The notes beneath the pieces are model-generated. The model searched no databases. It saw only the letters and a list, made by a program, of their open reading frames with translations, and had not been told where the DNA came from. A program made the position numbers and the translations under genes. A DNA stretch of 64,000 bases from a virus: the IMG/VR virus record IMGVR_UViG_3300035180_001847, positions 32,001-96,000 of that record; one strand, given 5' to 3'. Below are positions 38,939 to 50,175 of the stretch, piece after piece; the stretch's first letter is position 1; the number at the start of each line of letters is the position of its first letter.

Positions 38939-41900
38939 ATGGCGGCTAAAGATTATACATTATTATTGAAAGCATCCATCGATTCAACTACACTGCAATC
39001 TCAAATAGATGCCTTGTCTGAGAAATATTCAATTAACTTAAAGATAAATGCAGATGATACGGCAATAGCCAATTTACAGACTAAAGTGCAACAGGTACAA
39101 TCTCAATTAGCACAAACTCCAAATACCGATTGGATAAATGCTATGAGTACCGAAGAAGCATTAGATATAATTAAACAAAAAATTGAAGATATACAAGCAT
39201 CTGGAAAAGGCATGAACGTTGGATATACAATATCCAGTGTTCCCGCGCAGGATGAAAATGGCGATTCTTTTGATGCGGTTACTAAAGCCACAATGAGTTA
39301 TACTGATGCTCTTGGAAATTTACAAACAGCGACATTGAAATATGATGAATCTTCCAATATGCTTGTTGAATCCAACAACAAACTTTCTGAGAGCATGGCT
39401 CAAATTCAATCTCAAGCAATAAAAGAAAATGCTATTTTTGACGCGCAACAAAAAACAATAGAGAGATTACAAACCTCTGCCAGTGAATTTTTGGCTAAAT
39501 CAAAATTATTAGATCAAGGTAATCCAAATGTCCAAAGTGCGGTTGCAATTGCCAAACAAATGACTGATGGCGCGGATAGGTCATCCGAAGAAATGATTAA
39601 ACTTGGGGAAGCTCTAAAAATTGCTAAAGCGGGAATTGATGGCACTAAAGTATCCGCTTTATCCTTTGCTGAAGGCATGAGAAATGCAATTGTTAGAACC
39701 ACTGAGTATGCTTTATCAGTGGGTTTATTGTATGGAGCTTTAAATCAATTGAAACAAGGTATTCAATATATCATTGATTTGAATGCTGAAATGACAAAAA
39801 TTCAAGTATTACAGGTTGAAGGTGCAAAAACAACGGAGCAAATAAATTCTTTGGCTGGGAGTTTCAACAATTTAGCTAAAGAATTGGGGACAACGACCAT
39901 AGAAGTTGCAAAAGGCAGTGTGGAATGGTTGCGGCAGGGTAAGACAATTGCTGAAACACAAGAACTGATTAAATCAACAATGATGTTGAGCAAGTTGGGT
40001 GCATTGGATTCCGCTTCTGCAACTGAGGATTTGACGGCTGTTTTGAATGGATTTCAAATGCAGGCTAGTGATGCGAGTAGGGTTGTAGATAAGTTGGTTG
40101 CAATAGATAACATAGCGGCAACCTCGGCGGGAGAATTATCTTCAGCATTACAATATTCTTCTGCCGTTGCAAATGAAACGGGTGTTTCATTTGATAACCT
40201 GACGGCATATATTGCAACAGCATCTTCACGAACAAGATTGAGCGCAGAGATGATTGGACAAGCATTCCGAACAATGTTTACAAGAATGCAATCAGTGAAA
40301 TCTGGTGCAATAGATGAAACTGGAATGAATTTGAATGCTGTTGAAAAATCCCTTCATGGAGTTGGAATAGCTTTAAGAGATTCAACAGATTCGTTTAGGC
40401 CTTTGGAAGATGTAATTGCTGATGTTGCTGGAAAATGGAAAACATTAGATGAAGTTCAACGCGCTCAAATTGCAACGGCAATTGCTGGTCAACGTCAATC
40501 ACAAATATTTCAAGTATTGATGCAAAATTGGGGAGATGTAGCCAAATATGTTTCCGCTGAAACAGATTCGGTTGGATTGGCTACACAACGTTACGACATA
40601 TATTTGAAATCTGTTGCCGCATCTCAAGCTAAGTTTGCAGATTCCCTACAGGCATTATGGCAATCAACCATTTCATCTGGAATGATAACGTGGTGGATAG
40701 ATTTGGGAACGGCTTTGCTGAATGTTTTTTCAAATGCGGGTGGATTAAATTCGGTTATTTTAATTTTGACGGAAAGTTTTTTGATTTGGAAAAGTGCCGC
40801 CATTGGTGGTGCAATAGCATCTTTGTTTGATTTTGTGTCAACTGTCAAATCGGCGAATGCCGCTTTATTGGTAATGGATGCTGAAATTGACGCGAATCCT
40901 CTTGGATTATTTGCTGCTGCTTTGGCCGCTGTAACTATTGGAGTAATGGCTTGGAAAAATTCAATTCAAACCACTGATGATAAAATAAAATCATTAAACA
41001 AAGATATAGATGATTTAAATTCAAAATTAAATAAGGATAAAAGTGGTGCTGACAACCTGAGAAGTTTAACATCCGAGTTGGAAAATTTAAGGTCAAAAAC
41101 AAGTTTGACAATAGATGAACAACAAAGGATGTTTGATATCCAACAGCAGATACGAGATATTTTACCGAGCGTGGCGGGACATTATGATGACGAAGGGCAT
41201 TTCATATTAGATGATAGCGTATCTTTATCAAAATTAGTTGATTTAAAAAATCAAGAATTGGAATTGGATAGAAAAAAGCTGGAAGAAAAAACCATCGATA
41301 GAATAAAGACAGAGACGCAAGCATATAAAGAGCAAATTGCCGTCCTTGATAGAATGGTTCATCCAGTCACAGAAAGACAGTATGTTCCTGGAAAAGGCAT
41401 GACGTTTATATCACCAGAAGATATTGCCAATCAAAAACAAGCCATTGCTGATTTGATTGATAGCATAAAAAGCGATTTTTCTGGATTAACTCTTACAGAA
41501 CAAAGAAATCAAATAAAAATGATTTCGGATGCGCTTCAAGGAATGGGAACTACGGGAAAAGTTGCCGCTCAAGAATTAGCAACATCATTAACGAATGCGC
41601 TAGAAGCGGTTTCTCATGATGCAAGAGATAATAAGACTGCCATTCAATCAATAAATGAAACATATCAAGATTTTCAATCTACAATAAAAACTCTCACGGA
41701 CACTAATAAAATCCTTGATGATTTGATGGCTAAATCTGAAACGGGAAAATTTACATATTCAGATATTGAAGCATTGGCAAAAGCATATCCTGATTACTTA
41801 AATGTTCTTAGAGATGAAAATGGTCAATTAACCATAAACACCGATGCAATTAGACAATATCAAGTTGCACAGGCTAAGGCCGCGCTTGCTTCGGCGCAAA

Positions 41901-43198
41901 GTTCACATGCAACAGCAGAAGTAATAAAAATCCTGCAAGATTATGTGAATCAAATGCAGGGGGCAACGACTGTTACTTGGAATGGAGCGCAAGTATCCAA
42001 GCAAGCATTCGACCAAATGCTATGGGCTGTTGCCAATAATGCCGCTGAATCTGGAAATAAGTTTAGGGATATGACGGGCGATGCCTTAAATAGCGCACAA
42101 GCCATTTATGATTATATGTCTGCCAGCAACGCTAATTTCAATGATTTTATTAGACAAGCGGCAGATATAACTGGTCACAGCGTTGAGGATATAACAAATC
42201 AAATAAATGGAATGTTAAATGCGACTGCGGTAAACGTAGACAATCTTATTGCATTATTAGGACGTTCAGCGGGAGCTTATGCCGCAAGATTACAGGGATT
42301 GGCTAATCTATATGGAATGCAACAACCAGTGTCCACCATATTCAATCCAGCCCCTGTTGGCTATCAATATGTTGGTGGATTATCTGATTTACAAAAAGGA
42401 TTAGATTCCGCTTCATCTGCGGCCGACAAATTAAAGACCGCATTGAATGATGCGGCAACAGCAGCGGAAAATTCTTTGAATAAACAATTAGATGGTTATA
42501 AAAATTTAATTGACGCAAGAAAAAAACTTTTAGATTCATTGCAAGCGGAAAAAAATTATAATCAAGAAATTGGCGATAAGAACAAAGCGATTCTTGATAT
42601 TCAGAATAAATTGGCCGCTTTACAGTTTGATACGAGCGAAGAAGCTAATGCTGAAAGATTGAAACTTCAGGATGAGTTGGCCAAAGCACAAAGAGATTTG
42701 CAAAATACAGAGGATCAACATTCAACAGACCAACAAAAAGACGCGCTTGATGCTGAGTATGCCGCATTTGAAAAGCGAATTAATAGTGCTATTGAGGCCA
42801 TTAAAGATATTAATGCTAATTCATTGAGTGATTTCGCAACACAACTGGCTGCAATATTGGCTAAATTTAATTTGCCAAGTCATCATTCAGGAGTTGAAGC
42901 GGGAATTATTGGCGGTCAGGGATTGAGTTCAAGCGAACAATTTATTAAAGTTATGAAGGGTGAAGTGGTAGTTAATGAACATCAAATGGCTGGTTTCATA
43001 AATAAAACTTTGCCATCAATAACAAACAATGCAATTGGTGGAAATATAACTGTTACCATGCCCTTGCAGGTACAAGGAAACTTGGATGCAAGTGTGCTTC
43101 CAGCAATAGATGCAATTGTGAATAAAGCGATAAAGAAATTAAATGACAATCTTCAAAGCAGGGGATTTAATAGAAGAAGCGATATTTTTGCAATATAA
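38939..43198 (+). CDS. tail tape measure protein
   Basis: 1419 aa, Ala/Gln-rich; TP901-like core (WLRQG...VVDKLVAID...AGQRQ). Confidence 0.9.
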   Translation: MAAKDYTLLLKASIDSTTLQSQIDALSEKYSINLKINADDTAIANLQTKVQQVQSQLAQTPNTDWINAMSTEEALDIIKQKIEDIQASGKGMNVGYTISSVPAQDENGDSFDAVTKATMSYTDALGNLQTATLKYDESSNMLVESNNKLSESMAQIQSQAIKENAIFDAQQKTIERLQTSASEFLAKSKLLDQGNPNVQSAVAIAKQMTDGADRSSEEMIKLGEALKIAKAGIDGTKVSALSFAEGMRNAIVRTTEYALSVGLLYGALNQLKQGIQYIIDLNAEMTKIQVLQVEGAKTTEQINSLAGSFNNLAKELGTTTIEVAKGSVEWLRQGKTIAETQELIKSTMMLSKLGALDSASATEDLTAVLNGFQMQASDASRVVDKLVAIDNIAATSAGELSSALQYSSAVANETGVSFDNLTAYIATASSRTRLSAEMIGQAFRTMFTRMQSVKSGAIDETGMNLNAVEKSLHGVGIALRDSTDSFRPLEDVIADVAGKWKTLDEVQRAQIATAIAGQRQSQIFQVLMQNWGDVAKYVSAETDSVGLATQRYDIYLKSVAASQAKFADSLQALWQSTISSGMITWWIDLGTALLNVFSNAGGLNSVILILTESFLIWKSAAIGGAIASLFDFVSTVKSANAALLVMDAEIDANPLGLFAAALAAVTIGVMAWKNSIQTTDDKIKSLNKDIDDLNSKLNKDKSGADNLRSLTSELENLRSKTSLTIDEQQRMFDIQQQIRDILPSVAGHYDDEGHFILDDSVSLSKLVDLKNQELELDRKKLEEKTIDRIKTETQAYKEQIAVLDRMVHPVTERQYVPGKGMTFISPEDIANQKQAIADLIDSIKSDFSGLTLTEQRNQIKMISDALQGMGTTGKVAAQELATSLTNALEAVSHDARDNKTAIQSINETYQDFQSTIKTLTDTNKILDDLMAKSETGKFTYSDIEALAKAYPDYLNVLRDENGQLTINTDAIRQYQVAQAKAALASAQSSHATAEVIKILQDYVNQMQGATTVTWNGAQVSKQAFDQMLWAVANNAAESGNKFRDMTGDALNSAQAIYDYMSASNANFNDFIRQAADITGHSVEDITNQINGMLNATAVNVDNLIALLGRSAGAYAARLQGLANLYGMQQPVSTIFNPAPVGYQYVGGLSDLQKGLDSASSAADKLKTALNDAATAAENSLNKQLDGYKNLIDARKKLLDSLQAEKNYNQEIGDKNKAILDIQNKLAALQFDTSEEANAERLKLQDELAKAQRDLQNTEDQHSTDQQKDALDAEYAAFEKRINSAIEAIKDINANSLSDFATQLAAILAKFNLPSHHSGVEAGIIGGQGLSSSEQFIKVMKGEVVVNEHQMAGFINKTLPSITNNAIGGNITVTMPLQVQGNLDASVLPAIDAIVNKAIKKLNDNLQSRGFNRRSDIFAI

Positions 43199-43399
43199 GA
43201 GTTTCAACAATAATAGTGTATTGCAGTAAAATAATAATTTGGGGATAGATTGAAATTTATAGACCAATCGATAAGTGACTCGCCACTTCCCCATCATAAA
43301 TTTTCAGACACATATTTAAGAATCTGGTTGATAAAAACATTCTTTTATCAATAGTAGGAATGTTTTTATTTTAATCCATGAATAATGAAAGGAGGAAAA

Positions 43400-44203
43400 A
43401 TGGGATTTTATGGTTCGTCTTTTATTTATGCTGGAATTCCTTCGGAACTATATGATATAAGAATTGCTGAATTGAACTCAAATTCATCGGAACAAAAATC
43501 AATGGGTTCATCCGACATGGAAATAATAAATAAAAAAATAGCGAGAAGACCCATTCCATTTTTTTATGCGGCAACACCTTCTCCAGTGTTATCTTTTTCA
43601 GTGAGTGCCTATACCAATTCCACCGAAATAGATGCAGAATTTTTTGCATTATTGCAATCTAAATTTTTTTCAAATAGAAGATATGATGTTTTTCAGGTTA
43701 TTCAACCAGATATGCAATCTTCATATTGGAATGCAATTCTTAAAAATCCTCAAATAACAAGAGTTGGCAATCTTCTTCGAGGAATAACCTTCGATGTAAC
43801 CTGTGATGCTCCGTATGGATTTGAATTTCCCAAAACAATTACCTATAATTATAATGCGGAAACAGTTGATGACCATAAAATATTTAATAATACGAGCCAT
43901 GATACATGGGATTATGTTTATCCAAATCTTGTTATAACAATCAATAATATTGGCGGGGATTTAACAATAACAAATTCGGATGATAATAATAGGGTATTTC
44001 AATTCACAGGTCTTTTTCCTAATGAGGTTATAACGATGAATTGCGGATTACAAACTATTTCGTCCTCTACTGGTTTATTGAGACTTGGGAATTTTAATAA
44101 AAATTTTCTTCGTTTTGTGCCAAAATTAAATCATCTTCATATACAGGGTTCTGTTGCAAGTATTTCTATGACAACACAGTTTATAGCCAAGAAAATAGGA
44201 TAG
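43400..44203 (+). CDS. distal tail protein (Dit)
   Basis: Follows the tape measure gene; FIYAGIPS...CDAPYG...FNKNFLRF. Confidence 0.75.
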   Translation: MGFYGSSFIYAGIPSELYDIRIAELNSNSSEQKSMGSSDMEIINKKIARRPIPFFYAATPSPVLSFSVSAYTNSTEIDAEFFALLQSKFFSNRRYDVFQVIQPDMQSSYWNAILKNPQITRVGNLLRGITFDVTCDAPYGFEFPKTITYNYNAETVDDHKIFNNTSHDTWDYVYPNLVITINNIGGDLTITNSDDNNRVFQFTGLFPNEVITMNCGLQTISSSTGLLRLGNFNKNFLRFVPKLNHLHIQGSVASISMTTQFIAKKIG

Positions 44204-44212
44204 GAGGCGCAA

Positions 44213-46882
44213 ATGCAAGTTAATTTTGATTATTTTAATCAACCAGAACTTCCCATTATGATTTTATGCAATCCTGATAAAACAGAGTTGTATTCTTTGG
44301 CCGTATATTATGATGCAACATTTACCCCTCGTTTTAATGCTTTGAGTGAATTGAAATTTACTTTTCCGCAAAGTATTGATGGGGGAAAAACAATATTGGA
44401 TGCGTATTCCTATATAAAAAATAAAAGATTGATAAAACTGGATAATTTAGGATATTTTCAAATTATTGATGCCGAAGAAGATATGGATGGTACAGTTCCA
44501 ATAAAAATAGTCGCATGTCAATCTCTTGAAGCAGAACTAATAAATAAAAGAGTTGTGGCATTCACTGGAACATATAAAATGTGGGACGATATTAACCCAG
44601 AAGAAACGCTTCTTCAACAAATGATAAATCTTGCTCCAAGTTGGTCGGTGGCAAGTGTTGATGCGGAGTTGCAAGTTATGTTCCGCACGTTCTCCATTTC
44701 CGATTCAAATATCTATAATTTTTTAATGAATGATGTTGAAACGGCTTTTCAATGCGTCTTCTTTTTTGATACTATAAATAAAACAATAACCGCAAAAACC
44801 CTAGCCAATGCAACAACTAATACAGATATATTTTTAAGTTTTGATAATGTAATAGATAAAGCAACTCTAACGGAAAAATCAGACGAAATGTGTACCTGTT
44901 TGGCTGTTTCAGGCGGTGGAGGTTTAAGCATAAATTTAGTGAATCCTCTTGGAACAAATAAGATATATAATTTTTCATATTATGCAAACACCGATTGGAT
45001 GAAACAAGATTTAGTGGATGCAATAAACGCTTGGGTTGCTCTTGTTAATTTGAAACAGTCAGATTATTCATCAAATTTATTATTGCTTGAAACTTATCAA
45101 GGCGACTTGTTGGCATTGCAATCCGATATGGCTCAATATCACTCTGATTTATTGAGCATTCAGGATTTAATAAAGGTTAGAATACAACAAAATTTACCAT
45201 ATTCAGATTTAAATACTAAACTTGCAAATAAGCAAGCTCAAATAGCATCTCAACAAACACTGATAGATAATAAAAATTTACAAATAACAACCATCAAGGA
45301 TAATTTGACGGCAATTAATACCGCTGTCAGTTTTGAAAATAACTTCACGCCATCTCAGTTATTGGAACTGAATGAATTTATTTATGAAAACACATATCAA
45401 AACACAAACATAATTCAAACAGATACAATGACTTTGGTTGAAATTCAACAGCAATCACAATCATTATATAATCAGGCGGTTGATGTTTTATCAAGGATTT
45501 CTCAGACCAGGTATGAAATTGTCATAGATTCTGTAAATTATCCTGCCCTAAAAGAATTTCAAGTTTTTACGCAACAAACAGAGGTTGGATGCTTGGTCAC
45601 GGCAGAATTATCGAATGGTTCATTTATATCAACTGTATTATTGGAAATGCAAATAAATTTAAATGATCCAAGCAAATTTACCATGACGTTTAGCAATAGA
45701 TTGAGAATGGATGGAGCAAATTTTATTTATTCTGATCTAATGGGTTCTGTTCAAAAAACTGGTTCAACTGTTTCATTTAACAGTAGTCAATGGAGTAATT
45801 GGGAACAGCAATATAAAAATGATGTTACAACATTTATTTCTTCTGCTTTAAATACTGCTAACAATAATTTGATAAGTAATTCAAATCAAGAAATAACCAT
45901 TAATCAAAATGGATTAATTGGTCGTTCTTTTGACCCATCAACAGGGTCGTTTAAAGACAATCAGGTTTGGTTAACCAATAATATGCTTGCATTTAGCGAT
46001 GATAAGTTTCAAACATCTAAATTAGCTTTAGGACAAATCACGTCCCCCACTGGAAGTCAGGTGTACGGAGTAGTGGGAAATTATATCGTTGGACATATTT
46101 TGGCGGGAAATCAACTTACTATATCTAATGATAAAAATAATTTTATTTTAGATTCTACTGGAGCATATTTAAACAATGCCAAATTGACACTGCAAACATT
46201 AAATACTAAAATAATCATAGACCCAACATCCACCAATTCATTCTCTATTCAAAAAAATGAAGGTGGAACATTTAAGAATAAATTCTGGGTTGATAATACT
46301 GGAAACGTGAATTTTTCGGGAGTGTTGACTGGTAATTCTGGTTCAATTGGCGGGTGGAATATTACTTCAACTGGAATATCCAATGGCACAAATTATATTA
46401 ATAGCGATGGAACAATGAAGATTGGTGTATTGACCGTCACTCCAACAGGCGGAATTTTTAATGGAAGTGTTAGTGCATCAAGTATAACTGGTTTGATTCA
46501 GGCCAATCAAATTGTTGGATTGCCAGGTTCTCAAATTACAAGTGGTACTATAACTGTTCCAAGTGAATTATCAACCACTGGAACAATTACATGGCCTGGA
46601 GTCACAATGGGAACAACATCAACCGGATATTCATATATATTAGCCGATTATAACATAACAATAGGAATTGAAAACAATAATGACTTAGCCATTTTTAAGG
46701 ATCAAGTAGTTCTCAGAAATGAATCGGGTTCGGGTGTTGACGTGCATGGTGGTTCTTTTAGAGTGATTGGCTCTTTTTCTATTAATGGATATACGGGGGT
46801 TTCAATTGGATACGCGGTAACAACACCTTATGGAACAAAATATTTATATTTTGCCAATGGAATTTTATATAACTTTACATAG
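44213..46882 (+). CDS. baseplate hub/Tal-like tail protein
   Basis: 889 aa after Dit; coiled coil and beta-rich C-terminus. Confidence 0.75.
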   Translation: MQVNFDYFNQPELPIMILCNPDKTELYSLAVYYDATFTPRFNALSELKFTFPQSIDGGKTILDAYSYIKNKRLIKLDNLGYFQIIDAEEDMDGTVPIKIVACQSLEAELINKRVVAFTGTYKMWDDINPEETLLQQMINLAPSWSVASVDAELQVMFRTFSISDSNIYNFLMNDVETAFQCVFFFDTINKTITAKTLANATTNTDIFLSFDNVIDKATLTEKSDEMCTCLAVSGGGGLSINLVNPLGTNKIYNFSYYANTDWMKQDLVDAINAWVALVNLKQSDYSSNLLLLETYQGDLLALQSDMAQYHSDLLSIQDLIKVRIQQNLPYSDLNTKLANKQAQIASQQTLIDNKNLQITTIKDNLTAINTAVSFENNFTPSQLLELNEFIYENTYQNTNIIQTDTMTLVEIQQQSQSLYNQAVDVLSRISQTRYEIVIDSVNYPALKEFQVFTQQTEVGCLVTAELSNGSFISTVLLEMQINLNDPSKFTMTFSNRLRMDGANFIYSDLMGSVQKTGSTVSFNSSQWSNWEQQYKNDVTTFISSALNTANNNLISNSNQEITINQNGLIGRSFDPSTGSFKDNQVWLTNNMLAFSDDKFQTSKLALGQITSPTGSQVYGVVGNYIVGHILAGNQLTISNDKNNFILDSTGAYLNNAKLTLQTLNTKIIIDPTSTNSFSIQKNEGGTFKNKFWVDNTGNVNFSGVLTGNSGSIGGWNITSTGISNGTNYINSDGTMKIGVLTVTPTGGIFNGSVSASSITGLIQANQIVGLPGSQITSGTITVPSELSTTGTITWPGVTMGTTSTGYSYILADYNITIGIENNNDLAIFKDQVVLRNESGSGVDVHGGSFRVIGSFSINGYTGVSIGYAVTTPYGTKYLYFANGILYNFT

Positions 46883-46897
46883 AAAGGAGGATAAAAA

Positions 46898-47089
46898 ATG
46901 GACTATATTATTACACAGGAAAATTTGAATCAATTGATGCAAATAGATGCACGTTTGGCTGTTATAGAAGTGAGGGGGGATTCCGTAGAGCATTTACTTA
47001 CATGCCGTTTATCTTTAAAAAGAATAGTTGAATCCCTAAAACAAGTTGATGAAAGCAAAAATATTGAGAAAGAAATAAAGGAGGAGTAA
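46898..47089 (+). CDS. small hypothetical protein
   Basis: 63 aa, AAGGAGG RBS. Confidence 0.65.
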   Translation: MDYIITQENLNQLMQIDARLAVIEVRGDSVEHLLTCRLSLKRIVESLKQVDESKNIEKEIKEE

Positions 47090-47095
47090 TCAACA

Positions 47096-47455
47096 ATGTC
47101 TTCTTTTCAAAATTTTTCAATCATAAATTCATTGCCAGATTTTAGCATGATTGCTGGGAATGAATATACTTTGATATATAATGTCTATGAACAAGATGAA
47201 ATAACTCCTCTCGATCTTGGAGGAGCGACATGCTATGTTGTTTTAAGTCCTTATGGTCAAACAGATTATAATATCCTTCAAAAAACGGCAACCATTACAT
47301 CAACAAATACTTTTCAGGTTGTTTTTTCAGGAACAGACACGGCAGCATTAAGTGGATGGTATATTCAACAACCTGTCGTATATAGTTTTACTGGAAACGA
47401 ATATCGCCCATCACAAGGAAGAATTTTTATAAGTCCGCAAATTCCTGTTGTTTAA
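47096..47455 (+). CDS. BppU-like baseplate protein
   Basis: PLDLGGAT...DTAALSGWY pattern. Confidence 0.55.
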   Translation: MSSFQNFSIINSLPDFSMIAGNEYTLIYNVYEQDEITPLDLGGATCYVVLSPYGQTDYNILQKTATITSTNTFQVVFSGTDTAALSGWYIQQPVVYSFTGNEYRPSQGRIFISPQIPVV

Positions 47456-47540
47456 AGATGCGCATTGGGGATATTGGGGGATATTTAACAATATTCAAAA
47501 TATCAATAAATATTATCAATAAAAAGGAGAAAGAATAAGC

Positions 47541-47945
47541 ATGATTACATACACATCGTCCAATAAGACCATTGACTATTTGTTTGGTGGTTCTTCATTT
47601 GTAGTTCCATCAACTCTATATTTTGGACTATCAACTACACCCATAAATATAGATGGAACTGGTGCGACAGAACCATCTGGTGCTGGATATGCAAGAGTTC
47701 CTCTTGTAAATAATAAAATAAATTGGAGTAGTGCATCAAATGGTATTATAACAAATTCCGCTCCCGTAACATTTCCAACATCAACTGCTTCGTGGGGAAC
47801 AATAACCACTGTGTTTATTGCTGATGCATTAACATCTGGGAATATTTGGTTTTATGATACCCTCACCCCTTCTCGTTCAGTTGCATCTTCAACAACGGTT
47901 TTGTTTGCAATTGGAGCGATAACAATTCAAATGAATAATACTTAA
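47541..47945 (+). CDS. tail fibre-associated structural protein
   Basis: LYFGLST...EPSGAGYARV...FPTSTASWGTIT...DALTSGN pattern. Confidence 0.7.
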   Translation: MITYTSSNKTIDYLFGGSSFVVPSTLYFGLSTTPINIDGTGATEPSGAGYARVPLVNNKINWSSASNGIITNSAPVTFPTSTASWGTITTVFIADALTSGNIWFYDTLTPSRSVASSTTVLFAIGAITIQMNNT

Positions 47946-47963
47946 TTTTTAGGATTTATTATA

Positions 47964-48440
47964 ATGCAAATAAATAAAAAGACGTTTACATTAATAAACC
48001 GAATAAGTCAATCCTTTGATATTGCCATAAATAATTTTGCATTTGCTGTAACATTTTTATTTAGAATAAAACCAAAAATAATAATTGATTATATTGCATC
48101 TTTTATATCTTATGCCACAGTTGTTTTATATATAAAATCAATCAAAAGTTCATATATTGCTTCTTACATATATAATCAGGTACAAATCATAAATAATAAA
48201 ACAATAAAAGCTGTTTATGCAATATCAGAAATAATGAATGCTGCTTCAACCATAAATATAAAAAACACCATTGTTTTTATTTCTAATGCTATACAATATG
48301 CAACAACAATAATTGACAATAAAAAAATATCAATTATAGCGAATCCAACGATTGCCGTATTTTTTACTTTAGGCGATCACGATTCCAGTGCGTTATCAGT
48401 ATTAGACCCTAAAACATTGGGTGCGTTGGATTACAGTTAA
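47964..48440 (+). CDS. hypothetical tail protein
   Basis: 158-aa Ile-rich ORF. Confidence 0.55.
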   Translation: MQINKKTFTLINRISQSFDIAINNFAFAVTFLFRIKPKIIIDYIASFISYATVVLYIKSIKSSYIASYIYNQVQIINNKTIKAVYAISEIMNAASTINIKNTIVFISNAIQYATTIIDNKKISIIANPTIAVFFTLGDHDSSALSVLDPKTLGALDYS

Positions 48441-48465
48441 TTATAAAATAGAAGGAGGAAAATAA

Positions 48466-50061
48466 ATGACAACTACTACTCCAAATTTGGGGTTGACGTT
48501 ATATGATTCTTCAACTGATACATCTGTGCTATTTTCAACCTTTCGGGCTGTTTGGGGCGGGACAGCACCGACATCAAATTTCTATAAAATAGATACCGCT
48601 TATGGGGTTCAAGCCTCTCAGATTGCAAATTTAATGAATACGCGAGGTGCAATTCCAGTTTCAGCATTATTTAGTTCTGCAAATTATTATGTTGCAAATG
48701 GGGTTTCAGACATTACAGCATACACGGCAGGAATGACAATTATCTTGAATGTTGATACGACAAGTAACGGAACTGTAACACTGAACATAAATTCGCTTGG
48801 AATTATTTCTGTTATGAAGGTTGATTCAACTGGAACTCCAATAAATTTGACGGGTTCAGATTTAGTCAAAGGCAGACAATACTTAATGGTTTACGATGGA
48901 GCGAGATGGCTTTGGGTTTCCGCTAATTCTGCTGACCAAATTCAAATTGTTGGAACATCTGGAAATGTTGTAACCGTTGGAGCTACTAATAATTTGGATG
49001 GTTCTTTAACACAATCATCACTTATATCCAATACATTACATGCCGCAATAGTTAAAACAACTTTGAATGATAATGATGAATTTGGTATATCAGATAGTGC
49101 CGCATCCAATATTCTTAAAAAAGCAACGTGGGCAAATATTAGGGCAACGCTCAAAACATATTTAGACACCCTATATATGTCTTTGGTTGCCCCTGGTGCA
49201 TCCGGCAACGTAATGACATCAAATGGCTCGGCGTGGGTATCATCTGTACCAAGTAAATTGCCATTCAATGGCACATACGGAGATGGCTCAGATGGTGACG
49301 CAACCATTTCCAGTACCGTTACGCTCACACGCGACATGTTTTATAACAATCTAACTATTACTGGCTCTGGCGTGTTAATTCCCGCCGGATATATTATCTA
49401 TGTGAGCGGCAACCTTACCATTCAGTCAGGTGGCATCATTGCCGCGAATGGCTCAAATGGCGCGATTGGTTCAGGTGGCAACGGTGGTGCAGGCGGTGCT
49501 GGGGCGGTTGGAACAACATTGCATTATCCAATAGCAACCAGTGGTAGCGCAGGTGGTAACAGCGGCGGCGTTGGAACGGTAAACGGCACAAGCGGCACAT
49601 CTGGGGTATCACAAAACACTTCGACCCTTGCGCCCATATCGATGAGAGCGGGTGGTGGTGGCGGTGGTGGTGGCGGACATGGTTCATCTCCCACCAATGG
49701 CAGTAATTCAGCAGGCTCCTTATTCGGTGCAAGAGGTGGAAACGGCGGAGCTACAACCAGCACAACAAACATTTCCTCTGCTGGTGGTGGTGGCGGCGGC
49801 GGTGGCGGAGTTATTGATGTGCGCGCATACATTATCGGTAACGCTGGTTCAATTCAGGCACTTGGCGGTAACGGTGGAGACGCGCAAGGCGGAGCCAACG
49901 GTGGTGGTGGCGGTGGTGGCGGTGGTGGTTGTATTTCTGTCATCTATCACTCAACCACTGGAAACGGAATTGGAACTCTCAACGTCAACGGCGGCGCGGC
50001 TGGTGCTAGTGGTTCAGCTTCGGTGGGTGCTAATGGATATACAATGACAACGCAAATTTAA
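48466..50061 (+). CDS. tail fibre/receptor-binding protein with glycine-rich C-terminus
   Basis: MTTTTPNLGL start, YGDGSDG motif, poly-Gly tracts. Confidence 0.8.
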   Translation: MTTTTPNLGLTLYDSSTDTSVLFSTFRAVWGGTAPTSNFYKIDTAYGVQASQIANLMNTRGAIPVSALFSSANYYVANGVSDITAYTAGMTIILNVDTTSNGTVTLNINSLGIISVMKVDSTGTPINLTGSDLVKGRQYLMVYDGARWLWVSANSADQIQIVGTSGNVVTVGATNNLDGSLTQSSLISNTLHAAIVKTTLNDNDEFGISDSAASNILKKATWANIRATLKTYLDTLYMSLVAPGASGNVMTSNGSAWVSSVPSKLPFNGTYGDGSDGDATISSTVTLTRDMFYNNLTITGSGVLIPAGYIIYVSGNLTIQSGGIIAANGSNGAIGSGGNGGAGGAGAVGTTLHYPIATSGSAGGNSGGVGTVNGTSGTSGVSQNTSTLAPISMRAGGGGGGGGGHGSSPTNGSNSAGSLFGARGGNGGATTSTTNISSAGGGGGGGGGVIDVRAYIIGNAGSIQALGGNGGDAQGGANGGGGGGGGGGCISVIYHSTTGNGIGTLNVNGGAAGASGSASVGANGYTMTTQI

Positions 50062-50092
50062 TCAAAGGAAAAATTAAGGACGGTCAAAAAAC

Positions 50093-50121
50093 AAAAGCCA
50101 GTCAATTTTTGACTGGCTTTT
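50093..50121. terminator. bidirectional terminator between convergent blocks
   Basis: AAAAGCCAGTCAA...TTGACTGGCTTTT. Confidence 0.8.
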
Positions 50122-50175
50122 TGATTATTTCAACACGATGGAAACTATTGATATTTATTTTTTATGAAACGTGCT

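Noticed and set aside
49436-50047. Pro-rich and His-rich alternative-frame ORFs
   Set aside because: Shadows of GGT/GGC glycine codon runs.
48466-50061. Diversity-generating retroelement target
   Set aside because: No template repeat or reverse transcriptase in the window.
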